From Candidatus Shapirobacteria bacterium (GTDB lineage: Bacteria; Patescibacteriota; Microgenomatia; PFEM01; JAPLYW01), in the NCBI GenBank assembly GCA_026395335.1, contig JAPLYW010000015.1, forward strand, positions 1 through 61,822: a DNA stretch of 61,822 bases, in the 5' to 3' direction. The notes under the pieces are model-generated. The model saw nothing but the letters and a program-made list of their open reading frames with translations. It was not told the origin of the DNA and searched no databases. Of the stretch, positions 10,800-19,781 are shown piece by piece (position 1 is the first letter of the stretch; each line of letters opens with the position of its first letter). The translations under genes were made by a program, and so were the position numbers.

Positions 10800-10878
10800 C
10801 CAGAGGCTGCCAGATGAAAAAAGGTTTTTGAACAAAGTGAAAAGTTCTTATTTTAGATGGTAAACTTCATTTTCTTTT

Positions 10879-12108
10879 ATGGAAACTGAAAATCTTCAGC
10901 CCAATCAAGAATTCACTCAAAAAGTGAAACAAGCAACTGAGTTTATTGGTCGTTCTATGGTCGAGGATTCGCTTCATTTAAAAGATAATCAAAAAATTCT
11001 TGTCATTTACGAACCTTTAGGCAAACCCTTAGCTGATGAAATTAAAAATTATTGTCGTGATTTTAAAAATCCGGCTAAAATTAATCTTTTTAAAAGAAAT
11101 TTAGAAGATGAAGTAGCGATTGCTTGTCAGGATTCTGACGAAGGCTTAGAAAAATATTTTGCCAGGTTAAAAGATTTAAATGATGAGGCTGATGCCGTTT
11201 TTCTTATCAGAGCTGATAAGAATCCGGAAATTTTTAATAAGATTCCTAAAAAAAGACAAGAGCTTTTTGAAAGTTTATCTCATCAAACTAACAAAAGGCG
11301 GATTGAAGGGACGGTTCCCTGGTGTTTGATTTATTGGCCGACACCTTATGAAGCCAAAAAAGAAAAATTAAAATATGAAGATTATTTTCAGGAGTTTATT
11401 GAATCCTGTAAACAGCCTTGGGAAAAGATTGCTAAAGCTCAGGAAAAATTAGTTAAAATTTTAGATCAAGGCAAGATTCTCGAATTTAAAGTTGATGAAG
11501 AAAATCGTGATCCTAAAAAAAGAACCAATTTAAAAATGAATATTGAAGGCATGAGTTTTTTAGGCACAACGATTGAGGCTAATTATCCTGGATCAGAAGT
11601 TTATTCCGCTCCGGTTTTAGATTCTGCCGAAGGCCAAGTTTACTTGACTGGTGAATATCTTTACGAGGGGAAAATGTTCAAAAATATTTATTTGCTTTTC
11701 AATCAAGGCAAAGTAGTTGGTTATTCAGCTGATAAAGGCGAACCTTTCTTAAAAGAGATTTTTGAGCGGACGGAGGCAAATCGTTATTTAGGTGAAATTG
11801 CTTTTGGGACAAACCCCGGTTTAGAAAAGAAATATTTTAGTGCTCTTTTGAATGAAAAAGTGGGTGGGAGTTTTCATTTTGCCTTAGGTCATTGCTATGA
11901 CAATGTTCAGAACCAAGATGGCAATTTAGTTAAAGTTAATAATGGTAATACTCAGGACAAGACTTCACTTCATTGGGATTTATCATCATTAATGCATCAA
12001 AAATATGGTGGAGGTCAAGTAATTTTAGATGGTAAAGTTATTCAGGAAAATGGTAGATTTTTAGATTCTGATTTGGGAATTTTAAACCTCAAGACTTTTG
12101 TTGTTTAA
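10879..12108 (+). CDS. Aminopeptidase, M29 (AmpS/PepS) family
   Basis: 409 aa with EIAFGTNPGL and LNEKVGGSFHFALGHCY motifs typical of M29 thermophilic metalloaminopeptidases. Inserted between rpsG and fusA. Confidence 0.75.
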   Translation: METENLQPNQEFTQKVKQATEFIGRSMVEDSLHLKDNQKILVIYEPLGKPLADEIKNYCRDFKNPAKINLFKRNLEDEVAIACQDSDEGLEKYFARLKDLNDEADAVFLIRADKNPEIFNKIPKKRQELFESLSHQTNKRRIEGTVPWCLIYWPTPYEAKKEKLKYEDYFQEFIESCKQPWEKIAKAQEKLVKILDQGKILEFKVDEENRDPKKRTNLKMNIEGMSFLGTTIEANYPGSEVYSAPVLDSAEGQVYLTGEYLYEGKMFKNIYLLFNQGKVVGYSADKGEPFLKEIFERTEANRYLGEIAFGTNPGLEKKYFSALLNEKVGGSFHFALGHCYDNVQNQDGNLVKVNNGNTQDKTSLHWDLSSLMHQKYGGGQVILDGKVIQENGRFLDSDLGILNLKTFVV

Positions 12109-12554
12109 AACAAACTTACAAAATCATAAAGATCTTTTCTGGCGATTTGGTAGCGCTCTTCTAAGTAATCAGCATTTTCTCCTTTATTTACCATTTCAGT
12201 AGCCTGATCAAAATCTCTGAAAAAATCACGATCTTTTTCGTTAGTTAAAGCCATAAAACCTCCCATTTCATCAAACTCTTCTTTTTTCCAACAGCTGAAC
12301 TCGTCATTAACTAATTCTTGAGCTAATTGAAAAAGGCTGACTTTTCTTAATATTTCTTTTCCAGTTAAATTTTCTAGATTAACCGTTTTTAAATGAGCTG
12401 CATTTAGGCTTTTTTTATTCCATCCCAACATTCCACCACCATGCACTAAACGGTAGCAAATGTCTCTTTCATTGGCATTTAAATCATCCCAAAGCCAAAA
12501 ACCATTTTTTTCACCTTTCCGCTCAACTGTTTGACTTTTTTGTTCAATACTCAT
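12105..12554 (-). CDS. Hypothetical protein; start uncertain, and the ORF-track version extends to 12731
   Basis: Start preferred at MSIEQKS (12554), which has TGATATAAT 10 nt upstream on the minus strand. The extra 59 N-terminal codons are low-complexity and overlap plus-strand promoter and terminator signals. No recognisable family. Confidence 0.45.
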   Translation of the reverse strand: MSIEQKSQTVERKGEKNGFWLWDDLNANERDICYRLVHGGGMLGWNKKSLNAAHLKTVNLENLTGKEILRKVSLFQLAQELVNDEFSCWKKEEFDEMGGFMALTNEKDRDFFRDFDQATEMVNKGENADYLEERYQIARKDLYDFVSLF

Positions 12555-12611
12555 TCTGGGTCTGATTATATCAAAATAACCGATAATAAAGTAAAAATAG
12601 CTAACGCTTTG

Positions 12612-12640
12612 TTGATTAAGGAATGATTTTCTGTTAAAAT
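12612..12640 (+). promoter_or_regulatory. Near-consensus extended -10 promoter upstream of a short hairpin-terminator
   Basis: TTGATT (12612-12617), 17-nt spacer ending in TGt, TAAAAT (12635-12640). Confidence 0.4.
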
Positions 12641-12656
12641 CAATTAGTTGAAGCAG

Positions 12657-12681
12657 CTGCTTCGGAAAGAAGCAGTTTTTT
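12657..12681 (+). terminator. Intrinsic-terminator-like hairpin with a competing upstream half-site
   Basis: CTGCTTC-GGAAA-GAAGCAG followed by TTTTTT. GAAGCAG at 12650-12656 can pair with the same CTGCTTC instead. Confidence 0.4.
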
Positions 12682-12687
12682 ATGCTC

Positions 12688-12700
12688 AAAGAGTTATAAT
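12688..12700 (+). promoter_or_regulatory. Conserved promoter motif AAAGAGTTATAAT (fusA proximal promoter)
   Basis: The identical 13-mer recurs at 32246-32258 and 32469-32481. TATAAT lies at 12695-12700. Confidence 0.5.
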
Positions 12701-12711
12701 TAAATTTAGAA

Positions 12712-12757
12712 TAAGAACCTGTGTTTTGCACAGAACCTTGTTTTTCGTAAACTTAAA
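12712..12757 (+). repeat. Junction repeat, hairpin type (copy before fusA)
   Basis: TAAGAACC-TGTG-TTTTG-CACA-GAACCTTGTTTTTCG-TAAACTTAAA-ATG. Confidence 0.8.
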
Positions 12758-14881
12758 ATGGCAGGAGAAAACAAAAACATCGAAAAAAGAGTTGTTCCGA
12801 TTGAAAAAGTTCGGAATATCGGTATCATTGCCCATATTGATGCCGGTAAAACTACTACCACTGAAAGAATTTTGTTTTATACCGGCCGCAGTTACAAAAT
12901 CGGTGATATTGATGAAGGAACAACCCAGATGGATTGGATGGTTCAGGAACGGGAAAGAGGTATTACTATTGTTTCCGCGGCCACGACCACTTTTTGGGAT
13001 GATCATCGGATCAATATTATTGACACCCCCGGACACGTTGATTTTACCGCTGAAGTAGAACGTTCCTTAAGAGTGTTGGATGGCGGGATTATTGTTTTTG
13101 ACGCTGAGGAAGGAGTTCAATCACAATCAGAAACAGTTTGGCGTCAGGCAGATCGTTATCATGTTCCCCGTTTGGCTTTTATTAATAAAATGGATAAACT
13201 TGGGGCTGATTTTGAACATACAGTGGGGATGATTGAAGACCGTTTGGAAGCTAATATTGCGGTGATTACCTATCCGATTGGCAGTGAGAAAGATTTTGTG
13301 GGCGTGGTTGATATTTTAAGTCAGAAAGCCTTAATTTGGGATGACCAAAAAGATAAATCCGGAGAAAAATTTGAAGAAAAAGAAATTCCAGCTGATTTGA
13401 AAGAGAAAGCTAAAAAATACAAAGAAAAGCTCGCTGAACAAGCCGCGGAGTTTGATGAAAAATTAACTGATAAATTTATTAATGGTGAAGAGATTAGTAA
13501 TGAAGAAATTATAGCTGGTTTACGTAAAGGTACAGTTGTTGGTAAGATTGTTCCGACTTACGCTGGGTCTTCTTTACGCAATAAAGGGGTTCAACCGATT
13601 TTAGATGGTGTGGTTAATTTTTTACCTTCACCTTTAGATATTCCGCCGGTTATGGGTATTAATCCCCAAACCAATCAAGAAGAAAAAAGAGTTAATGATC
13701 CTAATGGACCTTTAGCCGCTTTAGCTTTTAAAGTTCAAACCGATTCTCATGTTGGCCGTTTAACTTATTTACGGATTTATTCCGGAACAATCCGCTCCGG
13801 TATTGAAATTTACAATCCCACTCAGCGGAAAAAAGAAAGAGTTTCCCGTTTGCTTTTAATGCACGCTGACCAAAAAGAAACTATTGATAAGGCTGAAGCC
13901 GGAGAAATTGTGGCGGTGATTGGTTTTAAAGACACTACCACCGGAGATACTTTATGTGAGAAAGATAATCAAATTATTTTAGAATCAATTTCTTTTCCGG
14001 ATCCGGTTATTTCTTTAGCCATTGAGCCTAAAACCAAAGCTGATCAGGAAAAATTAGGCTATGCTTTGCGGGCTTTATCTGATGAAGATCCGACTTTCAG
14101 AATTAAATTTGATCCGGAAACCGGCCAGACCACGATTGCCGGTATGGGCGAGTTGCATTTGGAAATTTTAGTTGATCGTCTAAAGCGAGAATTTAATGTT
14201 TTGGCAAATACCGGCGCCCCTCAAGTTGCCTATAAAGAAACCATTAAAAAAACCGCCAAAGGTGAAGGTAAATACATTCGCCAATCTGGTGGTCGCGGTC
14301 AGTATGGCCATTGTTTAGTGCGGGTTGATCCTGTAAATCGGGGTGAAGGTTTTAAATTCTTAAATGAGATTAGAGGCGGAACTATTCCATCTGAATTTAT
14401 TCCGGCTGCAGAAAAAGGGATTAAAGAAGCCATGGGTAAAGGAGTTTTAGCTGGTTATCCTTTAGTCGATATGACAGTCGCTTTATATGACGGTTCTTTC
14501 CATGATGTTGATTCTTCGGAAATTGCTTTTAAGATTGCCGGTTCTATGGCTTTACAACAGGCTGTTATGGAAGCTGACCCAATTTTAATTGAACCGATTA
14601 TGAAACTGGAAGTGACGACTCCTGAAGATTTTATGGGAGATGTTATTGGTGATTTATCCAGTAAAAGAGCTCAAATTACCGAAACTCAGGATCGAGGGAA
14701 AATGAAAATCATTGTTTGTACAGTTCCTTTATCTGAACTTTCTGGCTATGCGACTTCTTTGCGAAGCTTAACTCAAGGACGGGCGACTTTTTATATGGAG
14801 CCAAGTCATTACGAAGAAGTTCCTTCCAATATTACTGAGAAAATTAAAGAAAAAAAGGTTGGTCAGCCAGTTATCAGATAG
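12758..14881 (+). CDS. fusA: Elongation factor G
   Basis: 707 aa with [34 protein letters not shown]. Confidence 0.97.
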   Translation: MAGENKNIEKRVVPIEKVRNIGIIAHIDAGKTTTTERILFYTGRSYKIGDIDEGTTQMDWMVQERERGITIVSAATTTFWDDHRINIIDTPGHVDFTAEVERSLRVLDGGIIVFDAEEGVQSQSETVWRQADRYHVPRLAFINKMDKLGADFEHTVGMIEDRLEANIAVITYPIGSEKDFVGVVDILSQKALIWDDQKDKSGEKFEEKEIPADLKEKAKKYKEKLAEQAAEFDEKLTDKFINGEEISNEEIIAGLRKGTVVGKIVPTYAGSSLRNKGVQPILDGVVNFLPSPLDIPPVMGINPQTNQEEKRVNDPNGPLAALAFKVQTDSHVGRLTYLRIYSGTIRSGIEIYNPTQRKKERVSRLLLMHADQKETIDKAEAGEIVAVIGFKDTTTGDTLCEKDNQIILESISFPDPVISLAIEPKTKADQEKLGYALRALSDEDPTFRIKFDPETGQTTIAGMGELHLEILVDRLKREFNVLANTGAPQVAYKETIKKTAKGEGKYIRQSGGRGQYGHCLVRVDPVNRGEGFKFLNEIRGGTIPSEFIPAAEKGIKEAMGKGVLAGYPLVDMTVALYDGSFHDVDSSEIAFKIAGSMALQQAVMEADPILIEPIMKLEVTTPEDFMGDVIGDLSSKRAQITETQDRGKMKIIVCTVPLSELSGYATSLRSLTQGRATFYMEPSHYEEVPSNITEKIKEKKVGQPVIR

Positions 14882-14884
14882 GTC

Positions 14885-14913
14885 TTGAAAAGAACAATCT
14901 AATCTTGTAAAAT
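14885..14913 (+). promoter_or_regulatory. Candidate tuf promoter
   Basis: TTGAAA (14885-14890), 17 nt, TAAAAT (14908-14913). The GGAGG Shine-Dalgarno for tuf lies at about 14978. Confidence 0.5.
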
Positions 14914-14988
14914 ACAATAAGCTTGATTATAATTAGAAAATCTAGCTGTAGTTAATAAAATTATAAATTAAAAAAACGGAGGTAATTT

Positions 14989-16176
14989 ATGGCAGACAAA
15001 AATACTTATCAAAGAACTAAACCCCATTTAAATATTGGGACGATTGGTCATGTTGATCATGGAAAGACGACATTAACTTCAGCGATTACCAAAGTTTTAT
15101 CTGAAGCCGGTGGTGCTACTTTTAAAGCTTATGATCAGATTGACAGCGCTCCTGAAGAAAAAGCCAGAGGAGTAACGATTAATATTGCTCATATTGAATA
15201 TGAGACGGCTAATCGTCATTATGCTCATATCGATTGTCCTGGGCATAAAGATTATATCAAAAACATGATTACCGGCGCCGCCCAAATGGACGGAGCTATT
15301 TTAGTTGTGGCCGCTAATGATGGACCGATGCCTCAGACGCGGGAGCATATTTTATTAGCTCGTCAAGTGAACGTTCCGGCCGTTGTCGTTTTCTTAAACA
15401 AAACCGATATGGTTAAAGATCCGGAATTGCTTGATTTGGTTGAAATGGAAGTCCGGGAACTTTTGACTAAATATAAGTTTCCTGGTGATAAAGTTCCGTT
15501 TATCCGCGGCTCGGCTTTAAAAGCCTTGGAAGGTAATGCCGAAGATATAAAAGCCATCCAAGATTTAATGAAAGCGGTGGATGAATATATCCCAACTCCA
15601 GAAAGACCGTTAGATAAGCCGTTCTTGATGTCGATTGAGGATATTTTCTCGATTAAAGGTCGAGGGACAGTTGTTACCGGTCGTATTGAAAGAGGTATCG
15701 TTAAGGTTAACGATGAAATTGAAATCGTTGGTCTTCGCGAAACCAAAAAAACCATTGTTACCGGAGTAGAAATGTTCCGGAAGACCTTGGATCAAGGTCA
15801 GGCCGGAGACAATGTTGGTATTCTTTTGCGGGGTATTGAAAAAGATGATGTTGAACGAGGTCAAGTTTTAGCTAAACCCGGCAGTATTACTCCTCATACT
15901 CAATTTGAGGCAGAGGTTTATATTTTAACTAAAGAAGAAGGTGGTCGTCATACGCCCTTTTTCTCAGGTTATAGACCTCAATTTTTTATCCGGACAACCG
16001 ATGTTACTGGTGAAGTAACTTTAGCAACCGGAGTAGAAATGGTCATGCCTGGTGATAGCGCTAAAATGAATGTTAAACTCATTCAGCCAATAGCTATGGA
16101 AGAGGGTTTCCGTTTCGCTATTCGTGAAGGTGGCCATACGGTTGGAGCCGGAGTTATTTCAAAGATTATTGCTTAA
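14989..16176 (+). CDS. tuf: Elongation factor Tu
   Basis: 395 aa with [30 protein letters not shown] lies 7 nt upstream. Confidence 0.98.
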   Translation: MADKNTYQRTKPHLNIGTIGHVDHGKTTLTSAITKVLSEAGGATFKAYDQIDSAPEEKARGVTINIAHIEYETANRHYAHIDCPGHKDYIKNMITGAAQMDGAILVVAANDGPMPQTREHILLARQVNVPAVVVFLNKTDMVKDPELLDLVEMEVRELLTKYKFPGDKVPFIRGSALKALEGNAEDIKAIQDLMKAVDEYIPTPERPLDKPFLMSIEDIFSIKGRGTVVTGRIERGIVKVNDEIEIVGLRETKKTIVTGVEMFRKTLDQGQAGDNVGILLRGIEKDDVERGQVLAKPGSITPHTQFEAEVYILTKEEGGRHTPFFSGYRPQFFIRTTDVTGEVTLATGVEMVMPGDSAKMNVKLIQPIAMEEGFRFAIREGGHTVGAGVISKIIA

Positions 16177-16188
16177 TCAAACTTAAGA

Positions 16189-16238
16189 TAAGAATCTGTC
16201 GCCTTAGGCGACAGAACCTTGTTTTTCGAAGAATCAAG
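16189..16238 (+). repeat. Junction repeat, hairpin type (copy before rpsJ)
   Basis: TAAGAATC-TGTCGCC-TTA-GGCGACA-GAACCTTGTTTTTCG-AAGAATCAAG-ATG. Confidence 0.8.
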
Positions 16239-16547
16239 ATGGCAAAAGGTAGAATAAGAGTACGTTTAAAATCGTATGATCATCGAGTTATCGATGAAAG
16301 CTGCGAAAAAATAATAGAAGTTGCTTTAGCTAGCGGATCTAAAGTAATTGGTCCTATTCCTCTTCCTTCCCAAAGAAAATTAATTTCCGTTATCTCTAGT
16401 CCTCATACTGATAAAAATTCCCAAGAACATTTTCAAATTATAACCCATAAGCGTTTAATTGACATTCTTGAACCGACAGAGAGAACAATTGACTCCTTAA
16501 TGCATTTAAATCTTCCTGCAGGTGTTGACATCGAAATTAGGATGTAA
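16239..16547 (+). CDS. rpsJ: 30S ribosomal protein S10
   Basis: 102 aa with [14 protein letters not shown] and [12 protein letters not shown]. Confidence 0.96.
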   Translation: MAKGRIRVRLKSYDHRVIDESCEKIIEVALASGSKVIGPIPLPSQRKLISVISSPHTDKNSQEHFQIITHKRLIDILEPTERTIDSLMHLNLPAGVDIEIRM

Positions 16548-16611
16548 ATACGTTCAAAAAAATAACCTCTTTTTTTATTTACAAAATTCAAGCGTTTCGC
16601 TTTTTATTTGC

Positions 16612-16730
16612 TTGCAAAATCCAAGGTTTTACCTTATAATTACTCGTAATGGAGGTGAGGCTCTTCTAGAGTTAAACTATATTTTAAACAAAAGCACGTT
16701 TGCTTAAGAGTGCCTCCGGCGCTCTTTTTA
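16612..16730 (+). promoter_or_regulatory. Promoter plus structured leader plus terminator between rpsJ and rplC (candidate attenuator or small RNA)
   Basis: TTGCAA (16612-16617), 17 nt, TATAAT (16635-16640). GGAGGTGAGGCTCTT (16651-16665) can pair with AAGAGTGCCTCC (16706-16717), enclosing hairpins GTTAAA/TTTAAC and AAGCA/TGCTT. The competing hairpin AAGAGTGCC-TCC-GGCGCTCTT is followed by TTTTA. Confidence 0.5.
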
Positions 16731-16753
16731 GTGGTTAAAATCAAGATAAAAAT

Positions 16754-17383
16754 ATGCAAGGACAGACAATTGGAATTAAATTAAAAACAGTACAAAAATT
16801 TACTCAAGACGGAGTCAGAATTCCTGTAACTTATTTGCAGGTAGACTCTGTTGAAGGTTTTAAGCCTGGAGATTTAGTCAAAGTTACTGGTTGTTCTAAG
16901 GGTAAAGGCTTTACCGGAGTCGTTAAGCGTTGGGGATTTAAAGGTGGACCCAAAACTCATGGTCAATCTGATCGTCAGCGATCTCCTGGCTCAATTGGTC
17001 AAGGGACTACTCCAGGTAGAGTCTATAAAGGCAAGAAAATGGCCGGTCGCAGTGGCGGATTAAAAGTAACGATTAGTGGCTTAACATTAATGGATATTGA
17101 GATGAAAGAAAAACTTTTTTTAATAAAAGGTTTAATCCCCGGAGCTAAAAAAGGCAAAATTAGTCTTATAAAATATAAAGAAAATAAGAAATTTGTACCC
17201 TTAATGAAATTGGGCGAAACAGAAATTAAAGAAACAGAGGAAGAAAAAATCGAACGATTAAGAAAAGAAGATGAATTAAAAGAAAATTTAGAAGAAGCCA
17301 ATGAAGCTAAAACAGAAGAAATAGTTAGTGAAGAAAAAGCTAAAGAAGTAGTTGAAAAGGAAGAAAATAATGTTAAAAATTGA
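16754..17383 (+). CDS. rplC: 50S ribosomal protein L3 with E/K-rich C-terminal extension
   Basis: GKGFTGVVKRWGFKGGPKTHGQSDRQRSPGSIG; tail ETEEEKIERLRKEDELKENLEE... Confidence 0.93.
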   Translation: MQGQTIGIKLKTVQKFTQDGVRIPVTYLQVDSVEGFKPGDLVKVTGCSKGKGFTGVVKRWGFKGGPKTHGQSDRQRSPGSIGQGTTPGRVYKGKKMAGRSGGLKVTISGLTLMDIEMKEKLFLIKGLIPGAKKGKISLIKYKENKKFVPLMKLGETEIKETEEEKIERLRKEDELKENLEEANEAKTEEIVSEEKAKEVVEKEENNVKN

Positions 17384-18005
17384 TCTTTATACAATGGCTG
17401 GAGTTAAATCCGGCGAAATTGAATTACCAAAAGAAATTTTTGGGGTTAAAATTAACGAACCTTTGATGGCTCAAGCTGTTTTAGTCTTTCTAAGTAATCA
17501 AAGAAAAGCCGGAGCGAAAACTAAAACTCGGAGTGAAGTTGCTAAAACAACGGCTAAATGGTTTAAACAGAAAGGAACAGGCAGGGCTAGACATGGGAGT
17601 AAAAGCGCTCCTATTTTTGTGGGTGGAGGTGTTTCTCATGGTCCGAATGGAGAACAAAATTATCAATTAAAAATGCCAAAAAAAATGAAGCGACAAGCTT
17701 TGTTTTCCGCCCTAACAAGTAAATTAAAAGACAAAGAGATTTTAGTGATTAAAGATTTTGATAAGATTGAGGCTAAAACCAAGAAAATGAATGAGAGTTT
17801 GGAAAAATTAAAAATTAATGATAAAAAAAATAAAGTTTTAATTGTTTTAGATAAGAAAAATGAAAATATTATACGTGCCGGTCGTAATATTAAAAATTTA
17901 GATTTAGTTCAAGTGAATTATTTAAATACTTACAAAGTTCTTAATAGTGGAAAATTAGTTTTTACAAAAGAAGCAGTTGGAAAATTAAAAGAAATATGGA
18001 TTTAA
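17370..18005 (+). CDS. rplD: 50S ribosomal protein L4
   Basis: MLKIDLYTMAGVKSGEIELP..., KQKGTGRARHGS. The ATG at 17370 has AAGGAAG upstream; the ORF-track TTG at 17352 is the alternative start. Confidence 0.92.
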   Translation: MLKIDLYTMAGVKSGEIELPKEIFGVKINEPLMAQAVLVFLSNQRKAGAKTKTRSEVAKTTAKWFKQKGTGRARHGSKSAPIFVGGGVSHGPNGEQNYQLKMPKKMKRQALFSALTSKLKDKEILVIKDFDKIEAKTKKMNESLEKLKINDKKNKVLIVLDKKNENIIRAGRNIKNLDLVQVNYLNTYKVLNSGKLVFTKEAVGKLKEIWI

Positions 18006-18289
18006 ATTTTGTTTTAAAAAAACCATTAGTTACGGAAAAATCGACCTCTTTAAACAGCCAGGGTGGTTATATTTTTCAGGTTGATAGGCATGCAACAAAA
18101 GGAGAAATTAAAAAAGCGGTGGAAAGATTTTTTAAAGTTAAAGTTAATAGAGTAAGAACAATCAATGTCGCAGGTAAAAGCCGACGGGCTTTAAAAACCA
18201 GAAAAAAAATTCAACAAGCAGATTGGAAAAAGGCGATGGTTTTTCTTAAAGAAGGAGGGAAAATCGATTTATTTGAAACAGGAGAGTAA
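17996..18289 (+). CDS. rplW: 50S ribosomal protein L23
   Basis: 97 aa with PLVTEKS...FQVDRHATKGEIKKAVE..FKVKV. Confidence 0.93.
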   Translation: MDLNFVLKKPLVTEKSTSLNSQGGYIFQVDRHATKGEIKKAVERFFKVKVNRVRTINVAGKSRRALKTRKKIQQADWKKAMVFLKEGGKIDLFETGE

Positions 18290-18307
18290 TATCTAGATTT
18301 ATAGAAT

Positions 18308-19051
18308 ATGAGTAAAAAATTAAAAAACATTTTAGCTAAAAGTTCAGGTCGTAATTCTAGCGGCAAAATAACTGTGCGCCATCAAGGTGGTCGACATAAA
18401 AGATATTTAAGAGAAATTGATTTTAAACGCAATAAAATTGATATCATAGCAAAAGTAGCATCAATTGAATATGACCCTAATCGGGGGGCTGATATTGCCT
18501 TGCTTTTTTATACTGATGGAGAAAAAAAATATATCCTAGCGCCTGAAGGTTTAAAAACTGGTGATCAAGTTTCTTCCGGAGAAAAATCAGAGATTAAAAT
18601 TGGTAACGCTTTGCCTTTAGTTAATATTCCTTTAGGAACGGTTATTCACAATTTGGAAATTAAACCAGGTAAGGGAGCTCAAATGGTGCGTGGAGCTGGT
18701 AATGGGGCGATTTTAATGAATAAGGAAGAAAAATATGCAATTGTTAAACTTCCCTCTGGTGAACAGAAGAGAATTGAATTAAAATGTTATGCGACGATTG
18801 GTTCATTAGGAAATGTTAATCGTAAAAATCGATTTTTTGGTAAGGCTGGAGCTAAAAGACATATAGGTATAAGACCAACAGTTCGGGGAGTTGCTCAAAA
18901 CCCTCATTCTCATCCGCACGGTGGCGGTGAAGGTCGTTCCGGTATTGGTATGCCTTCGCCTAAGTCACCTTGGGGTAAGAAAACTTTAGGCAAGAAAACC
19001 AGATCAAAAAAGAAATATTCAAATAAATTAATTCTTAAAAAGAAAAAATAA
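18308..19051 (+). CDS. rplB: 50S ribosomal protein L2 (short form)
   Basis: [37 protein letters not shown]. Confidence 0.95.
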   Translation: MSKKLKNILAKSSGRNSSGKITVRHQGGRHKRYLREIDFKRNKIDIIAKVASIEYDPNRGADIALLFYTDGEKKYILAPEGLKTGDQVSSGEKSEIKIGNALPLVNIPLGTVIHNLEIKPGKGAQMVRGAGNGAILMNKEEKYAIVKLPSGEQKRIELKCYATIGSLGNVNRKNRFFGKAGAKRHIGIRPTVRGVAQNPHSHPHGGGEGRSGIGMPSPKSPWGKKTLGKKTRSKKKYSNKLILKKKK

Positions 19052-19063
19052 AGGAAAACTAAA

Positions 19064-19348
19064 ATGGCAAGATCATCTAAAAAAGGACCATACATTGATC
19101 AAAAATTATTAAAAAAAGTAGCTTTACAAAAAGCATCAGGTGAGAAGCAACCGATTAAGACTTGGGCTCGTCATAGTCAAATTCCGCCGGAATTTGTAAA
19201 TTATACTTTTCAAATTCATAATGGTCGCCAGTTTATTGAAGTTTTTATTAGTGAAGAAATGGTAGGCCATCGTTTAGGAGAATTTTCACCAACGAGAACT
19301 TTTAGAGGTCACGGTAAAATCGTTAAAAGGGTTATTAGTAAAACTTAA
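19064..19348 (+). CDS. rpsS: 30S ribosomal protein S19
   Basis: [11 protein letters not shown]..., [27 protein letters not shown]. Confidence 0.96.
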   Translation: MARSSKKGPYIDQKLLKKVALQKASGEKQPIKTWARHSQIPPEFVNYTFQIHNGRQFIEVFISEEMVGHRLGEFSPTRTFRGHGKIVKRVISKT

Positions 19349-19355
19349 GGGAAAA

Positions 19356-19781
19356 ATGGAAGTTATCGCTAAATCAAAATTTGTTCGTATTAGTCATAAG
19401 AAATTAAATTTAATTTCTTGGGCTATTCGTGGTCTATCGGTAGCAGAAGCAGAAAAGGTTTTAGCTAGTTTAAATAAAAAAGGGAGCCGTTTATTATCCT
19501 TAGTTTTGAAACAGGGTATTGCTAATGCGGTTAAAAATTTTGGTTTAGTTAAAGAAACTTTAAAAATTAAGAGCTTACAAATTGGTAAAGGACCAAGTTA
19601 TAAAAGAGGACGAGCTGTTTCTCGTGGACAATGGCACCCGATTTTAAAAAGAACAAGTCATATTACTTTAATTCTTAATGGTGAAAAGGCTAAAGTTGTT
19701 AAAGAGCCAAAAGAAATTAAAGAAGTAAAAAAAACAGAAAAAGTTATTAAAAAGGAAAGGAAAAATGGGACAAAAAGTTAA
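19356..19781 (+). CDS. rplV: 50S ribosomal protein L22 with K-rich tail
   Basis: Position in the S10 cluster. RISHKKLNLISWAIRG, GPSYKRGRAVSRGQWHPILKRTSHI. Confidence 0.92.
   Translation: MEVIAKSKFVRISHKKLNLISWAIRGLSVAEAEKVLASLNKKGSRLLSLVLKQGIANAVKNFGLVKETLKIKSLQIGKGPSYKRGRAVSRGQWHPILKRTSHITLILNGEKAKVVKEPKEIKEVKKTEKVIKKERKNGTKS

Noticed and set aside
10636-10863. 75-aa ORF overlapping the 3' part of rpsG and the spacer.
   Set aside because: It is out of frame with a conserved gene and has an implausible sequence. It is kept only as the carrier of the duplicated FRW-stop tail discussed in the findings.
12735-12745. The core ACCTTGTT of the junction repeat is complementary to the universally conserved 16S rRNA segment AACAAGGU (E. 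coli 1499-1506, the 1492R primer site). This suggests an rRNA-pairing translation enhancer.
   Set aside because: The match is only 8 nt. That rRNA segment is base-paired at the base of helix 44 and is unlikely to be available. The organism's own 16S is not in the window, so the idea is kept only as a low-priority item to test.
12648-13058. ORFs 12648-13058 (+) and 12686-13036 (-) overlapping the fusA start.
   Set aside because: They are out of frame or antisense to the highly conserved EF-G G-domain.
15363-15755. Long antisense ORFs inside tuf (15097-15285, 15363-15755, 15610-15864). Similar antisense or shadow ORFs lie in rpoB/rpoC (4872-5096, 8280-8462), the adhesin (967-1831), guaA, recA, rny (39051-39452), secD, cca and recJ.
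   Set aside because: All lie opposite or out of frame to strongly conserved genes, have low-complexity or compositionally odd translations, and have no start signals. They are typical shadow ORFs.
16522-16707. 61-aa ORF in the rpsJ-rplC spacer.
   Set aside because: It starts inside rpsJ, runs through promoter and hairpin sequences, and has no coding-like composition. The region is better explained as a regulatory leader.
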